Below are positions 11,770 through 25,084 of a DNA stretch of 64,000 bases, one piece after another. How positions within the stretch are numbered: position 1 is the stretch's first letter; the number at the start of each line of letters is the position of its first letter. Source of the DNA: Callorhinchus milii. Lineage: Eukaryota. The stretch covers positions 8,744,001 through 8,808,000 of the forward strand of contig NW_024704743.1 of the NCBI RefSeq assembly GCF_018977255.1. The letters are read 5' to 3'. Both the position numbers and the translations under genes were made by a program. The notes under the pieces were generated by a model. The model did not search any database and had not been told where the DNA came from. It saw only the letters and a list, made by a program, of their open reading frames with translations.

Positions 11770-13057
11770 GTAATTCACAGTATGAAAACAGCCCTGATCA
11801 AGGAGACAAATTACATTTTGTCCATCTGTGATCAGGGCTCCATCTGTCTCCCCATCCTCCTTGACCTCTCTGCTGCCTTTGACACCGTGGACTACTTTAT
11901 CCTCCTCCACCGCCTCTCCTTGAATGGTTCAGATCCCATCTTTCACACCGGCTCCACTTTGTCTCCACAAATGGCTTCTCCTCCAGCCCCTGCACCATCT
12001 CATGCGGTGTTCCTCAGGGCTCTGTCCTCGGTCCAAATGTGGCATGTACTTCACCCTGTACGTGCTTCCCCTCGGTGACATCATCTGCAGACATGGGTCA
12101 ACTTCCATATGTACGCGGATGAGACCCAACTCTATCTCTGCCTCCATCCTTGACTTTAGGACCACTGTCAGACATCAAGTTCTGGCTGAGAGCCAACTTT
12201 CTACAGTTGAACTTCAGCAAGACCAAGGCTTTTCTGATTGGCTCACGCCAGTGCCTCCACACCTCAGGCACTGGTAGCATCAGCATCCAAAGATGCACAC
12301 TCCACCTCACCAAGCCAGTCAGGAACCTAGGGATTTTGTTCGACCTTCAACTGTCCTTTCTCTCCCACATCCGTACCACGACCTGCTCTGCCTTCCCCTA
12401 CCACCGCAACATTGTCCGACTCCACCACTGCCTCACCCCTCAGGCCACCAAAACCCTCATACATGCCTTCATTACAACCAGGCTTGACTATGCCAATGCC
12501 CTGCTTGTCGGCCTTCCCAACCCTTCCCTCCACAAGCTGTGAATCATCCAGAACTCTGAGGCTCGTGCCCTCTCCTGTACCAGGCTCCGGGACCCTATCA
12601 CACCCACCCTCGCCCAGCTCCACTGGCATTCCATCCCTCAGAGGATCTAGTTCAAAATTCTCGTCATCACCTTCAAGGCCTCTGCCCCCTCCTACCTCTC
12701 CGACCTGCTCACCCCTTATCAACCTGTCTGCTACCTCCACTCATCAGCCTCCAGCCTGCTCCATGTCCCCCGCCCAGCCTGCCCTAAGGTCAGCGGTCGG
12801 GCTTTCAGCCTCTCTGCCCTCACCCTCTAGAACTCCATCCCACATTCCCTTCGCCTTGTTCCCTCGCCTCCATCAAGGCACGCCTCAAGACCTTTCTCTT
12901 CAACCATGCCTTCGGCCACCCTCCAACCCTTTCTGCCCTCCACTCGCCCTAATCCCAACCCCCTCGCCCCCGCGCTTGGGTCCTAATCCCCAACTGTTCA
13001 GTGCCTTGGGATGACCTCCCAACATGAAAGGCGCTTTACAAATGTAGTTTTGAATTG
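11770..13057 (+). mobile_element. Degenerate L2 LINE (RT to 3' end)
   Basis: [21 protein letters not shown] and RLDYANALL in shifting frames with stops; L2 3' tail. Confidence 0.93.
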
Positions 13058-13885
13058 TAATATACTTTGTAGGCAAACGTGGCAGCGAATATGTGTGCAG
13101 CAATTTTGCACAAACAGCCACAAAATGAAGGCCAATTTATCATGGGGATTTTTGGTTAGGACTCCAGAAGAAACAAATGTTCAACATCCACCTGACAGGC
13201 AGGGAGGACATCAGTTTAACGCATCATCTGAAGGACAGCACCTCCGACAATACAACACTTCCCCAGCATTATTATTGGGAGTATTAGCCATAACTGTGTG
13301 ACCTCAAAGCTTAAACCCCAAACCTTCTGACTCAGAGACAAGAGATCACCTGAGCCAAGCTTGGTATTAATTACTCTCCCCACGAGCTCAGTTGTAGCCG
13401 TTTCCCCTATAATTTTCATTGCCCCTTTATTGTGCATTGCATAAAACCTGCATTAAACCTACACATGAAAAACTTGTAAACCAAAAATAGCTTGAAATAC
13501 GTTTCTGGACATTCATCAGCACTGTATTAGGAACCCAGGTGTTAGTCGATTGGTGGATTGTTTTTCTGGGGGTTATACTCCCTTAAAAAAATGAGAAATC
13601 AAAAAAAAATCTGGTCACTCAATCCGCTGTGTAGGCGATGCATGGAACTCTGTTTGGTTTGGACACTCTTAAGCACGGTGATGGGTTTCTGCATGTGTCA
13701 GACACCCGGCTGACCAAAACAAAATGAGCTCACCGTCCGATAGAAGCCAAACACAATTAATATTCTGGCACGTGAATTATGAATGTGCAAAAGTTCTAAG
13801 TCAGCCCCCTTGCAGGGAAGTCAGATACAATTAAAGGGGTCAGTTATAGGATCAAGTATCTGATTGCCAGTCACTAAGTAACAAA

Positions 13886-13918
<33 letters not shown>

Positions 13919-13927
13919 GTCTGTCTA

Positions 13928-13961
<34 letters not shown>
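13886..13961. repeat. Compound microsatellite (ATCT)n(GTCT)n
   Basis: Read directly from the sequence. Confidence 0.95.
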
Positions 13962-14749
13962 CTTGTAACACGATATTTAACAGGCTGGTAATGTGAATGA
14001 GCTATCCTGTTATTTTTATTGTGGGAGACAGGAAGAGAGACTTGTGTGAGTCTTGGCTTGGTGGTTTTGATGCCAGGAAGTTATTTCCAACCTTTGTGAC
14101 ACATGCAACTCAAATTCAGCAGTCACCAGCAGAGGGTAGCCTTGCTGTGTGTGTCTCAGATGGATGTTACCAGGTTTTGCTTTCCCAGAGATGGCATGTT
14201 CGAGGAGCCATCCTGTTTAGATCACATCCAAATCCCAGACCAAGCACTTTATACATGCCACCCTTTATGTTGGTTTAACATTGATTTTGTACTTAAGAAT
14301 ATTGGCAGACTTTTATCTTACACTGAAACAGCCAGAGTTATGCAACTAAGGTTTGTTAACACAGTATGCTTTTTTGATTCACCTTGTCCAGGAGTTTTCC
14401 TTTAACAGATAATGGTGGTTGGTGAACATTCATAATTACATAGCATTGAGTAGTAAATACAGCACTTAAACAGGCCATTTGGCCAGATTAGTCCATGCTT
14501 GTGTTTAATTCCACATGAGTTTCCACCCATTCTAATCCCCTCTTCCACAGCCTCCCCCATACGCTTCTATTCCCTTCATTCTCACTTAATCACTTGTGGA
14601 CAACCTTGAGATGTCACATCACACTTTCTGTGGGATATTGAAAGGTACCATGGTATAACAGAACCTTTGCTTGCCTTGTTCAAATATTTACTGATAGCTT
14701 TGCAAATCTCCAGGCATAGGATCTTAGGTTGGAGAAAGCAAATTACAGG

Positions 14750-15110
14750 CAGCAGATTTCCCAAGAAATAGCAGGAAAATGTCGCTGATCTTGGCTGGGG
14801 CAGCAGCTAAGATGAGATGGAGGGAGAGAGAGGAGGGGAAGAGATGAAGAGATGTCAGGATGGAATTCCAGAGAGTGGAGGGGCTGGATGGTTGAAACTT
14901 GCCTAACGATAGTAGGGCAGTAAGGATAGGGGACATGAAGCAAGCTGGTGCTCTCTGAGTGGAGGGACCGGCAGGTCATTAGATTTGCAGAAGATGGAAG
15001 GGATAGAGTGGGAGTGAGGTTGTGTGTGGAGTTTTGAACGTGGGGTTGAAGATCTTGAGTTTGATCTATTGGGGGAGCTAATGTAGCCAAATAAGCGGGT
15101 GCGTGATAGA
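14750..15110 (-). mobile_element. Old L2 3' fragment
   Basis: Purine-rich strand matching the L2 3' region (ggatggaattccagag, gatcttgagtttgatct). Confidence 0.7.
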
Positions 15111-15130
15111 TTCATTACATGAGTCTAAGG

Positions 15131-15440
15131 GCAGGGTGAAAACTTAGGCAAGTTTCCTTACTCCACACGCCTGTTTACCCAGAAGTAAGTAGGAACCTGG
15201 TTGTTAGTTGATTGATGGATTGCTTTTCCGGGGGTTGTAATCCATCAAATTTTTTAAGATTAATTTGGTCACTCGCTCCACAACTGTTTGTGGGACACTG
15301 CTGTGTGCAATTTGCTGCCATGTTTCGCCCACAAAATATACAGTCAATTCACTTTATATTCTGTGAAGTTCTTTGAGATATCTCGAAGATGTGATAAGGC
15401 GCTATATCAAATGCACGCATTTTTATTGTTATTATTATTA
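15131..15440 (+). mobile_element. Deu-core SINE, long variant, 5'-truncated
   Basis: Extra segment, core and (ATT)n tail. Confidence 0.85.
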
Positions 15441-15939
15441 CATCATGGTATTATATTCAAAAGTTGAATGACACAGAAATGCACCCAGAACAAATTTTAC
15501 TATAGCATGTTGTTGGCATGGGAATGAACTATTGCCACTGGTCCAGACACAAATGACTGAAAGTATTGCTGAACTAGGACCACAGGCCATTGAATGAAAA
15601 ATTCTTTTCTTCAGATGAACAAGCCCTCTGTTGATCTGAATGGTATTTCAATTGTATGAATAAGGGTTTGTCTTCTGAACGAGGGTCTCATTCTATTTAT
15701 AATGTGCACACACTCATGATCCTGAGCATAATGCTGGAGGTCAGCTGAATGCAAATGAGATGTAACTATGTAATTGAAATATTTATTGCAGAAATCTGCT
15801 CGATGCAATCATTTTGATTTGTTAAGATTTTGTCCTTCAAGGCACTCAGCTTGGGAAGCTGGGGTTGCGATGAGAATGTTGTCTGTGGAGAGAAAAAAAA
15901 CCTTTTTCTCTTTGGATATGAATGCAAAGGCATCAATTT

Positions 15940-16700
15940 TGCAACGACTTGTATTTATATAGCGCCCTTCACATAGGGTAATGTCTGGGAGTACTTTACA
16001 GGGATGGGGTTAGCTGCCAAGCAATGGAAAGGTGGGAGGGGTGGACGAGGAGGTGGCCATAGGCATGTTCGAAGAGGTGGCATTTAGGTTGGAAGAGAGA
16101 TAGAGAGATGAAGGGTAGAGGGAGAGAGTTTCAAACGTTAGGGGTGTAAAAATTGAAGGCTTAGCCACCAATGTCGGCGCGGAGAGGGTGGAGCGTATGA
16201 TACAAGCCTGAGTTAGCTGAATGGAGCAACGAGAAGAACAGTGTGGTAGGAAAAGATCAGAGAGATAAAGAGGTGCTAGGGAGTGGAGGGATTTGTCGGT
16301 TAAGCTGAGGATCTTGAAATTGATTCACCTGGCAACAGGGAGCCATAGAGCACCTTTCAAATTGGAAGGATATCTCACAATCCTTCAGACTGATGAATAG
16401 GAGCCTGAGCTGAGGATAGGGGGAGCTGAGGAAGGTGAGACGGAAGGGGGGGAAGGTGACGAAAGCTCAAAAAGAAAGATCTTCAGTCAGGCTTTACAGG
16501 TGAGAGAGAGGGTGAGACAGAGGGACTCTTGAATGCATTTCCAGAGAACGGGACCAGAATGGCTGAAACCTCGCCCACTAATGAGTGGGTGGCAGATCAG
16601 GTGGGTAACATGAAGGAGACCAGTGTTGGCTGAGCAGAGGGAATGGCCAGGCTGGTAGGGCTGCAGGAGGTAACAGAGATATAGTGGGGTAAGACAGTGG
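15940..16700 (-). mobile_element. Two tandem old L2 3' fragments
   Basis: L2 tail motif (caacttgcatttatatagcgcc-like) at ~15940 and a second tail near 16345, each followed by L2 3' sequence. Confidence 0.7.
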
Positions 16701-16716
16701 CTGTATTATTAGTAGC

Positions 16717-17092
16717 ATGGAGTCCTGTAGCATAGTTGTTAGAGCACTCACCTCGCAAGCAAGAGGACTTGGGTTTGATTCCTGGCAGAGCGAAACATTG
16801 GGCAAGTTTCCTTACTCCACATGCCTCTGATTACCAAGCAGTAAGTAGGAACTTGGTTGTTATTCAATTGGCGGATCGCTTTTCTGGCTGTAATAATCCC
16901 TTCAAAAATAATTATAATGATAACTTGGGCACTCAATCCACGACTATTTGTGGGAAACTACTGTGCACAATTGGCGGCTGCATTTCACCCACAAAATACA
17001 GTCGATTCACTTTACAGTATATTCTGTGAAGCGCTTTGAAACGTCTCAACAACGTGATAAGGCACTATATGAAATGCATTATTGTATTATTA
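16717..17092 (+). mobile_element. Deu-core SINE, long variant
   Basis: Same head and tail plus an extra ~65 bp segment (gcctctg..tacc.agcagtaagtaggaac.tggttgtt...). Confidence 0.88.
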
Positions 17093-18886
17093 GATGTATT
17101 ATTCGAACATCTGAACAATATGGAGGGGAGAGAAAGAAAGTGGTGGAGGCCGGCAAATAGCGATGATGTGAGGATAGATCAATATTCTGTCAGTTTTGCT
17201 TGATTACCTCTGATGTTCAGGAAATATCTGTGCTGATTTTTCTTTGGGAGAGTGCTGTCCTTTATAGGGTAGGTTTTGTATGGCCATTCTTAGATGGGCC
17301 AATGGCATTTTCTAGATCTATCGCCTTATGACATCCTTCTATAGTTGTGCATATCCACCAGCAGGGGATGTCATTGCATCTTGTTTGTGTAATATATATT
17401 CTTGGATGAGAAATACAGTCAGCATCCGTGCTGTAAAAAATGCCACAAAGTCTGAATCATAAACAAAATGGATATGTATTATTTCACTGCGGTCTCAAGG
17501 ATGTTGCAATACAGCTAATTTTCTTTTTCTCGGATTACATACTGAAGTTCCCATATCAAGCTCCAAATGTTAGTATTTTCCCAGGACTGTAGTACGGTAC
17601 TGAATGCTACAATATTGGTGAAATACTAATACTTGCAACATGGATACATGGTGGAAGATAAAATCTGTTTCAGATGCTACCCTTTGTGAAGGGAGCAATA
17701 TAAATATAAGTTGTTGTATTTGTACTGTATAAAAATGTTACGCAATTCATATTTTAGGACTAATCTTTCCCACTCACAAGTTTGACATTCTCTTTGACCA
17801 CTGCATAAACATAGTAAAGATTGCACAACACAGAAACAGGCTAATCGTCCCAACCAGTCTGTGCCAGTGTTCAGATTCCACATTCATCTCCACCCACTAC
17901 TTATTCATTCCCATATTTTTCTATATCCTGCTTCTTTTTTTTGGTCAGCCAGGTGTCTGACACATACGGAAACCCATCACCTTCTCCCAAGTGTGAAAGT
18001 CTAGCTTCCTCTTAAATGCATCAATTGTTCACAAGTGCACTCAGCAACATCACAAGAGTAACATGGTCATGGGCTGGGGGAAAAGATCAATCCACCATTT
18101 TACATTTTACTTACACACAAGGCAGCCATTATGGGAAAAGTCCAAACATACAGCTGGAGATAGTTGAAATTTGGGTGGGCACCAACTTCTGGAGGACAGG
18201 CAATGAACATGCCTTGTACAACCTCGTGAGAGGCAGAGCGCAAAGCAACAGACACAGTGCAATTAAAACAAAACAGCAAATTGATCGATTCACTACCTTT
18301 TTTTAAAAAATAATTGTTACATTCGCTTACGTAGCTTTTAAAATGGTCTGAAACTGTCCTGTATTTTCATTTTAAAAAATGTTACAAGAGTATTTCATAA
18401 CATTTTTGGCTGCTATTTGTGAACTTTGCACTTAAAAACTGGAAGGACAGAACTGGGACCAGTAAATCAACCTGATAAATCTCAGCTGTCTTTCCTCCAG
18501 TGCATTGGAGTCTGTGTTCATACCTCCTGCTCTCTTCCTGTTGCCCTCCTCACTGCCTCAGCGAGTGGAAGAGAGCTAGAACAGAAGGTATGAGACAGCA
18601 CAGAAGCGATGGGTGGGCCTGGCTGCTAATTGGGTGGGCCAAGGCCCCCACCCCACCAAGCCCTAGGTGACTATGCCCCTGACTGGAGCACATGGATTCA
18701 GCATCGTTCCCATTTTCATTGCTGTCCAGCTCCATTTCATGCTTATCTCCAACACTTGTAAATGTAGGCGTGATGTAACAAGCAGAGCACCAACAATAAC
18801 AATAACTTGTATTTATATAGCACCTTTCACACAGGATAATGTCTCAAAGAGTGCTTTACAGTGACAGGGTCAGAAACCGAGCAGGG

Positions 18887-19445
18887 GAGAATAATAATAA
18901 TAATTCTTGCATTTGATATAACGCTTTTCAAATCTTCTAAATGTCTCAAAGAGCTTCACAGAATATACTGTAAAGTAAATTGACTGTATTTGCGGATGAA
19001 TCGCGCCAGCCAATTGTATGCAGCAGTATCTCACAAACAGTCGTGAGCAAATTGAGTGACCAGATTATTATTTTGTTTGTTGAGGGATTATTATCTCCGG
19101 AAAAGTGATCTGCCAATCGACTAACAACGGGGTTCCTACTTACTGCTAGGTAAACAGAGGCATGTGGAGTAAAAAAACTTGTCCAACATTTTGCCCTGCT
19201 GGGAATGGAACCCAGGTCTCTCGTTTGCGAGGTGAGTGCTTTGTTTTCAAGACGTCTCAAAACACTTCACAGAATATACTGTAAAGTGAATTGACTGTGT
19301 ATATTGTGGGGGAAACACGGCAGCCAATTCCGCACAGCAGCGTCCCACAAACAGTCGTGGATTGAGTGACCAAATTATTATTATTTTTTGAAGAAATTAT
19401 TACCGCCGGAAAGAGATCTGCTAATCGACTAACAACCAGGTTCCA
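18887..19445 (-). mobile_element. Two adjacent long-variant SINE copies
   Basis: 18887-19240 is near complete; 19245-19445 is core only. Confidence 0.85.
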
Positions 19446-19486
19446 TATTAACCAGAGTGTGAACATTTACACAAACCATCTCCGCG

Positions 19487-19546
19487 CCCCCCAGTGTGCC
19501 CTTTGCCCCCCCCAAGTGTGCCCTTTGCCCCCCCAGCCCCCAGTGT
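19487..19546. repeat. Short C-rich tandem repeat (~20 bp unit CCCCCAGTGTGCCCTTTG)
   Basis: About 2.5 copies, read directly. Confidence 0.75.
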
Positions 19547-19870
19547 GACCTCCAGCTCTGGGTGTGGGGTATGAGTGTGCAATTGTGTCCTGCGAAGGGG
19601 TGAAGGAGATCATAGGTACGGACGAAGAGTTGGTTTTGAGGGGGGAGGCTGAAGACAGATATGGAGGGAGTTCCAGGGGCTGCAATACCTTCCCAGAAGA
19701 CATTGGAACAAAAAGAAGGAAAGGTCACCCCTGGGGGTAAGAAAATGTAATGGTATACACTGGATTTTTCCATTGCACTGCAGATTTTGGTAAACTAGAA
19801 ATTAAATACTTTATTTCTATCCGTGCCACTAAATGTAACAACATTTGAGGTGAGGTAGAGATCGTCTTTC

Positions 19871-20189
19871 ATAATAATAATAATCCTTGCATTTGATATA
19901 GCGCTTTTCACGTCGGGAGGACGTCCCAAAGCGCTTCACAGAACACACTGTAAAGTGAATTGACTGTATATTTGTGGGCGAACACGGCAGCCAATTGCGC
20001 ACAGCAATGTCCCACAAACAGTCGTAGATTGAAAATGACCAATTTATTATTGTTTTTGTTTTTTGGAGGGATTATTATTAGGCTCTGTGTGGAGTAAGGA
20101 AACTTGCCCAAGGTTTCGCCCTGCCTGGAATTGAACTCAGGTCTCTCGCTTGCAAAGCGAGTGCTCTAACCACTGAGCTACAGGACTTC
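19871..20189 (-). mobile_element. tRNA-derived Deu-core SINE, young short variant
   Basis: Head with A box (TAGCTCAGTGG) and B box (GTTCAATTCC), core TGTTTGTGGGACATTGCTGTGCGCAATTGGCTGCCG, L2-like tail and (ATT)n. Confidence 0.92.
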
Positions 20190-20628
20190 ATCAGCCTGTA
20201 TAACTCAGTAATGTTAGTTCTATGAGCACCAGTGGACCTATATATATTTTGTAGCTTTCACAATAATAATATTTGTTCCTATGTTTTTTTAGCTGGTTTT
20301 ATTGAAAACTACAAATAAAGAGAAGATACTTCAACCAGCTGCCAAGACAAGCATTCCATTGGTGATTTTGGCCAACTTGTTGAAAAGATAAATGGTTTAA
20401 TACAATACAATTTTCATTTACATAGTGCTTTTCACATTTGGAGGACATCTCAAAGTGATGACCAAAAGCACCATCAAACAGGTACGTCTTGGTACATACC
20501 TTGAATCAAGCGAGGAAGGGAGCGATTTGGAGAATTCCAAAAAGCAGGGGCGGAATGGGTGAAAGCAGATAGGGTGGGGGACATTAATCAGATTGGTACT
20601 CGCCGAGCGAAATGAGTTCCAAGCCCAA

Positions 20629-20690
20629 TTTTAATATTTTAGTATTTTAAATATTATTTTAATATTTTAATATTTTAAATATTAAATTAA
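20629..20690. repeat. AT-rich simple repeat (TTTTAATA)n
   Basis: Read directly from the sequence. Confidence 0.85.
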
Positions 20691-21497
20691 CTCTGGTTCC
20701 TAACTGGTGCCTTCCTACTGCCCTACTTATTCTTTCTCTCGAGTTTGTGTTTGAAAGTGTTTTTTTGGGTTGTTTTTGGCTTCTTCCAGCTGTTTTTAAT
20801 TCCCTTCAAGTTGCATTTTCTTCCTCCTCATCAGCTCACACATTCAGTTCACCTGAGACCTAAGCCTTCTCTCCAGTTCTCTGACAGTTCTCTGCTGAGA
20901 TTTTGAGGTGTATAACATTTTAAATGGGATTGAAAAGGTGAACCTAGGATAATACTTTATGTTGCACTAAGACAGTAGAACAAGAGGACTATGTTTAGAA
21001 CTGCAATGGGCAATTTTGGGACACCACGGGTGGAGTATTTAGTTTCAGACCATTTTAGATATTTAACAACTGGAACAGGTTGTCAGGAAGGATGGTTGAG
21101 ACCATAACGCTGGATTCATTTAAAAAGCAGTTTGATGTTATGATGGGTGGATGGTAGGGTGAGTGTTCTGAAAGGATGAGATCAGATAGGCCGAAGGGCC
21201 TGCTTCATCCAAACCAATTTTGCGAGCTTGTAAATGTGCATGAATTCAGTCCCCATTCTCCTGAGCTCTCATTTAACAAGGACCTTAGGTTTATTTACTT
21301 CATTTGGGTAATTCTTCTTTTACTTCTGGGACGTCTTTCCAAAGTGAAGGGCGCTATACAAGTGTAATTTGTTGTTGTTGTAATCTCACTTCATCTGCCT
21401 CAATTTCTCAATTTTTCGTTGTTCTGCAAATTTACTCCTCCCCCTTCATGGGTTTGTTTCCCCAGCCACAGACTCCTTCCTTTGTCAAAGGTGTCAG

Positions 21498-23650
21498 AAC
21501 AACAACAACAACAACAAGATTCCATTTATAGAGCGCCTTTCACGTCAGGAGGACGTCCCAAGGCGCTGCACAGTTGGGTCATGACCCGAGCATTGGGGGG
21601 AAATGGTCAGGGTGAGGGGAGGGAGGGAGAGAGGAGGGGGGAAATGGTCAGGGTGAGGGGAGGGAAGGGAGGGAGCGAGGAGGAGGAAGAGAGTCGAGAG
21701 GGGAGCTGAAGGCTCGGTCAAAGAGAAAGGTTTTGAGACCGGCCTTGAAGGAGGAAAGGGAGGAAGCAAGGCGAAGGCACTGGGGGATGGAGTTCCAGAG
21801 CCTCGGGGCTGAGAGGCTGAAGGCCCGACCACCGATAGTAGGGCGGTTGGGGCGGGGGACGTGGAGCAGACCGGAGCCAGAGGAACGGAGGGTACGGGCA
21901 GGTAGGTAGGGGGATAGTAGGTTGGAGAGGTAGGAGGGAGCAAGGCCGTGAATGGCCTTGTAGGTGAGGATGAGGATCTTGAAATCAATCCTCTGGGGGA
22001 TGGGGAGCCAGTGGAGGCGAGCGAGGGTAGGAGTGATGTGGTCCCGAAGCCTGGTGCGGGACAGTACACGAGCTGCAGAGTTCTGAATGACCTGCAGCTT
22101 GTGGAGGGAGGTGGCGGGAAGGCCGGCGAGGAGAGAGTTCCCATAGTCCAGCCTTGAGGTGACAAAGGCGTGAACCAGGGTTTCAGCAGCGTGAGGGGTG
22201 AGGTAGTGCCGTAATCTGGCGATATTCCGGAGGTGATGGAAGGCGGTGCCAGTTGTGGTGCGGATGTGAGGGAGAAAGGACAGCTCAGGGTCAAACAAAA
22301 CGCCGAGGTTCCTGACTGGCTTTGAGAGGTGGAGAGTGCAGCCTTGGATGCTGATGGTGTCAGCGCCTGAGGTGCGGAGGCGCTGACGTGAGCCAATCAG
22401 GAGGGCCTCGGTTTTTCGCACGTTGAGCTGAAGAAAGTTGTCTCTCGTCCAGGACTCGATGTCGGACAGGCAGGCTGTCAGGACATCGGTGGTCGTGGAG
22501 TTGAGAGTAGAGGAGGAAAGGTAGAGTTGGGTGTCATCCGCATACATGTGGAAGTTAACCCCATGTTTGCGGATGATGTCACCGAGGGGGAGCATATAGA
22601 GGGTGAAGAGGAGGGGACCGAGGACAGAGCCCTGAGGGACACCACATGAGACAGTACGGGGGGTGGAGGAGAAGCCATTCGTTGAGACGAAGTGAAGACG
22701 GTGGGAAAGGTAAGAGCTAAACCATTCAAGGACAGTGCCTTGAAGGTTGAGGTGGGAGGACAAGCGGTGGAGTAGGATAGCGTGGTCGACCGTATCGAAT
22801 GCTGCCGATAGGTCAAGGAGGACGAGGAGACAGAGGGAGCCCTGGTCACAGATAGTCAGGATATCATTGGTGACCTTGACCAGGGCAGTTTCTGTGCTAT
22901 GAGCAGCACGGAAACCTGACTGAAGGGGTTCAAAAAGAGAATGGGTGGAGAGGAAAGAGCGCAGTTGGGAGGCGACAACTCTTTCCAAGACCTTGGAGAG
23001 AAAGGGGAGGTTGGAGATGGGCCGGTAGCTTGATAGCTGCGACGCATCAAGGGAGGGTTTTTTCAGGGTGGGCGTGATGATGGCAGTTTTTAAAGGAATG
23101 GGGACAGAGCCAGAGGAGAGGGACAGGTTTATGATGTCAGTGATGTGTGGGGCAAGAAAATGGAGCTGGGAGATAAGGAGTGGAGTGGGGATGGGGTCAA
23201 GGGAGCAGGTGGTTGGTTTTAGGGATAGGATGAGTTCAGTGACAGAGGGTGGGGAAACGGGTACGAAGGTGTGTAGGGGAGGATGGGCAGGAGTCGGAGT
23301 GTGGGAGGGAAGGGGTGGGTGGTGGGTGGAAGTTGGAGGGGAAGTGACCGCGGAGCGGATTCCCTTGATCTTGGATTCAAGGAAATCCAGCATCTCCTCG
23401 CAGTGAAGGTTGGAGGAGATGACCTGCGCGGGGTGGCGGGGGGGACGGAGGAGTCGGGATGTGGTGGAAAACAGTAGCCTGGGGTTGTTCTTCGCCTCCA
23501 GGATTATCCTGGAGTAGAAGGACGACTTGGCCGAGGCTAGAGTGGAGCGGTAAATTTTGAGGAGGTCCAGCCAGATTTGTCGGTGGACCGTTAAGCCGGA
23601 TTTGACAAAGGTGCGCTCAGCAGCCCGCACCTGGCATTTCAGTGAGCGTG
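21498..23650 (-). mobile_element. Young 5'-truncated L2-clade LINE with uninterrupted reverse transcriptase frame
   Basis: Open frame 21648-~23650 with [57 protein letters not shown] and LHWLP. The 3' UTR ends in a (TTG)n tail. No endonuclease domain is present. Confidence 0.96.
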
Positions 23651-23679
23651 CAAGACTTGGGTCTAAATTGATGCTGAAG

Positions 23680-24013
23680 GAACATACCTTGTAAAAGAGA
23701 CTCAGAGGGGAACTCATGGAAGTGTACAACGTTTTAAATGGGATTGAAAAATTAAACCCAGGTCAATACTTTAGGATATATCATGACAGTAGACCAAGTT
23801 GACATAGGTTAAGAGTTGTAAAGGGCAACTTCAGGACAGATATTAGGAAGTTTTTCTTTAGGCAGAGAGTAATCAACAACTGGAACAGGTTGCCAGGGAA
23901 GGCGGTGGGGCCAGGACGCTGGACTCTTCAAAAAGCAGCTTAATGCAGTGAATGGAGGGATGGGCCAAAGGACCTTTTTCATCCTGACCCGTCTTGTGAT
24001 CTTGTTTGATCTT
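23680..24013 (+). mobile_element. Old CR1 3' fragment (related copy at ~20895-21230)
   Basis: [18 protein letters not shown]...FRTDIRKFFFRQRVINNWNRLP remnants; (GATCTTGT)-type tail. Confidence 0.82.
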
Positions 24014-24558
24014 GCCTGAGAAGTAAAAAGAAGTAAAATATCTATATATAAAATTCAAATAAAGCTTTCAAACACCTATGTGGACTGATTGGGCCGAATG
24101 ATCTGTTTCTTTGCTCTACATTCTTTGTAATGCCCATCACCCAGTCTTTGTAACTTTACAATATATATCCTGTGAAGTGTTTTGAGACATCCTCTCGGCA
24201 TAAAAGGCACCATACCAAATGTAAGGATTATGATTAAGATTTATTAATATCCAAATTGACATTTAAAGAAGAGCCAAATGGGGAAATGCTGTGAACAGTT
24301 AGAACACTCGCCTTACAAGTGAAAGGAACCGGGTTTGATTCTAGGGTAGGGCGAAACGTTGAGTAAGTTTCCTTACTCCACATGTCTCGTCCTTCCGACG
24401 TGATAAGGTTCTATACCAAATGCAAGAATTATTATTATGTTGGGACTTTGGAATGGCAGTCTAGGCTGGCACTCCAAAGCAGTCCTGGGGAGTGCTGGTT
24501 TGTCAGAGGTGCCACCCCTCAGGTGAGATGTTTAATCAGGTCCTGTCCTGTTCAGGTG

Positions 24559-24603
24559 AACATTAAAGGCATTAAAAGCATTAAAAACATTAAAAACATT
24601 AAA
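24559..24603. repeat. 9 bp tandem repeat (CATTAAAAA-like, 5 copies) inside an old SINE
   Basis: Read directly from the sequence. Confidence 0.8.
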
Positions 24604-25084
24604 GTTTGTGGTACATTGCTGTGCACTAATTGGTTTCTGTGTTTGCTTACAAATGCATAGCTGCTACTCTGTACAGCAAATTCTGTGAAATGCTTTGAGA
24701 CGCTCGCTCTCCTGATGTGAAAGGTGCTAGATCAAATGCAAGAGCTTTTATTAGAAAGTGAAGTGCCTTAAAGCCAATAAAACGCAGATTCGCTTGTTAC
24801 AATTCTTGATTACTGGATACATTTACCAGATCTGTCTGCCTTGTCTACAGCTGACTTTCATTTCACCTCCCTCCACCCATGCCTAGCAATATAGAGACAG
24901 AATTGATCGTGGACTATTGAATCTTAAGACATTAGGTTTGATCCCTATTAAAAAATTAATTAGCCATTCAATGAAATGGCTCTGGAAGTAGACTTTGAAT
25001 AGTTAATTTTGTGATGGTGTACTCAAAGACTGTCTTACATTAATACAACTGTAATTTTTCACAGCTAAAATTGAGCTTCCTTTT

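Noticed and set aside
15535..15550. ccactggtccagaca, resembling the start of the ITGB1 TM exon (TGPD)
   Set aside because: No suitable acceptor, a stop follows within four codons, and there is no hydrophobic stretch.
21545..22396. 283 aa Ser/Pro-rich ORF, and the 200 aa ORF at 12412-13014
   Set aside because: Alternate reading frames of C-rich L2 sequence, not independent genes.
23650..23729. Apparent ATG start for the 693 aa ORF
   Set aside because: The first ~25 codons come from flanking antisense CR1 sequence; the L2 is 5'-truncated and the fusion is incidental.
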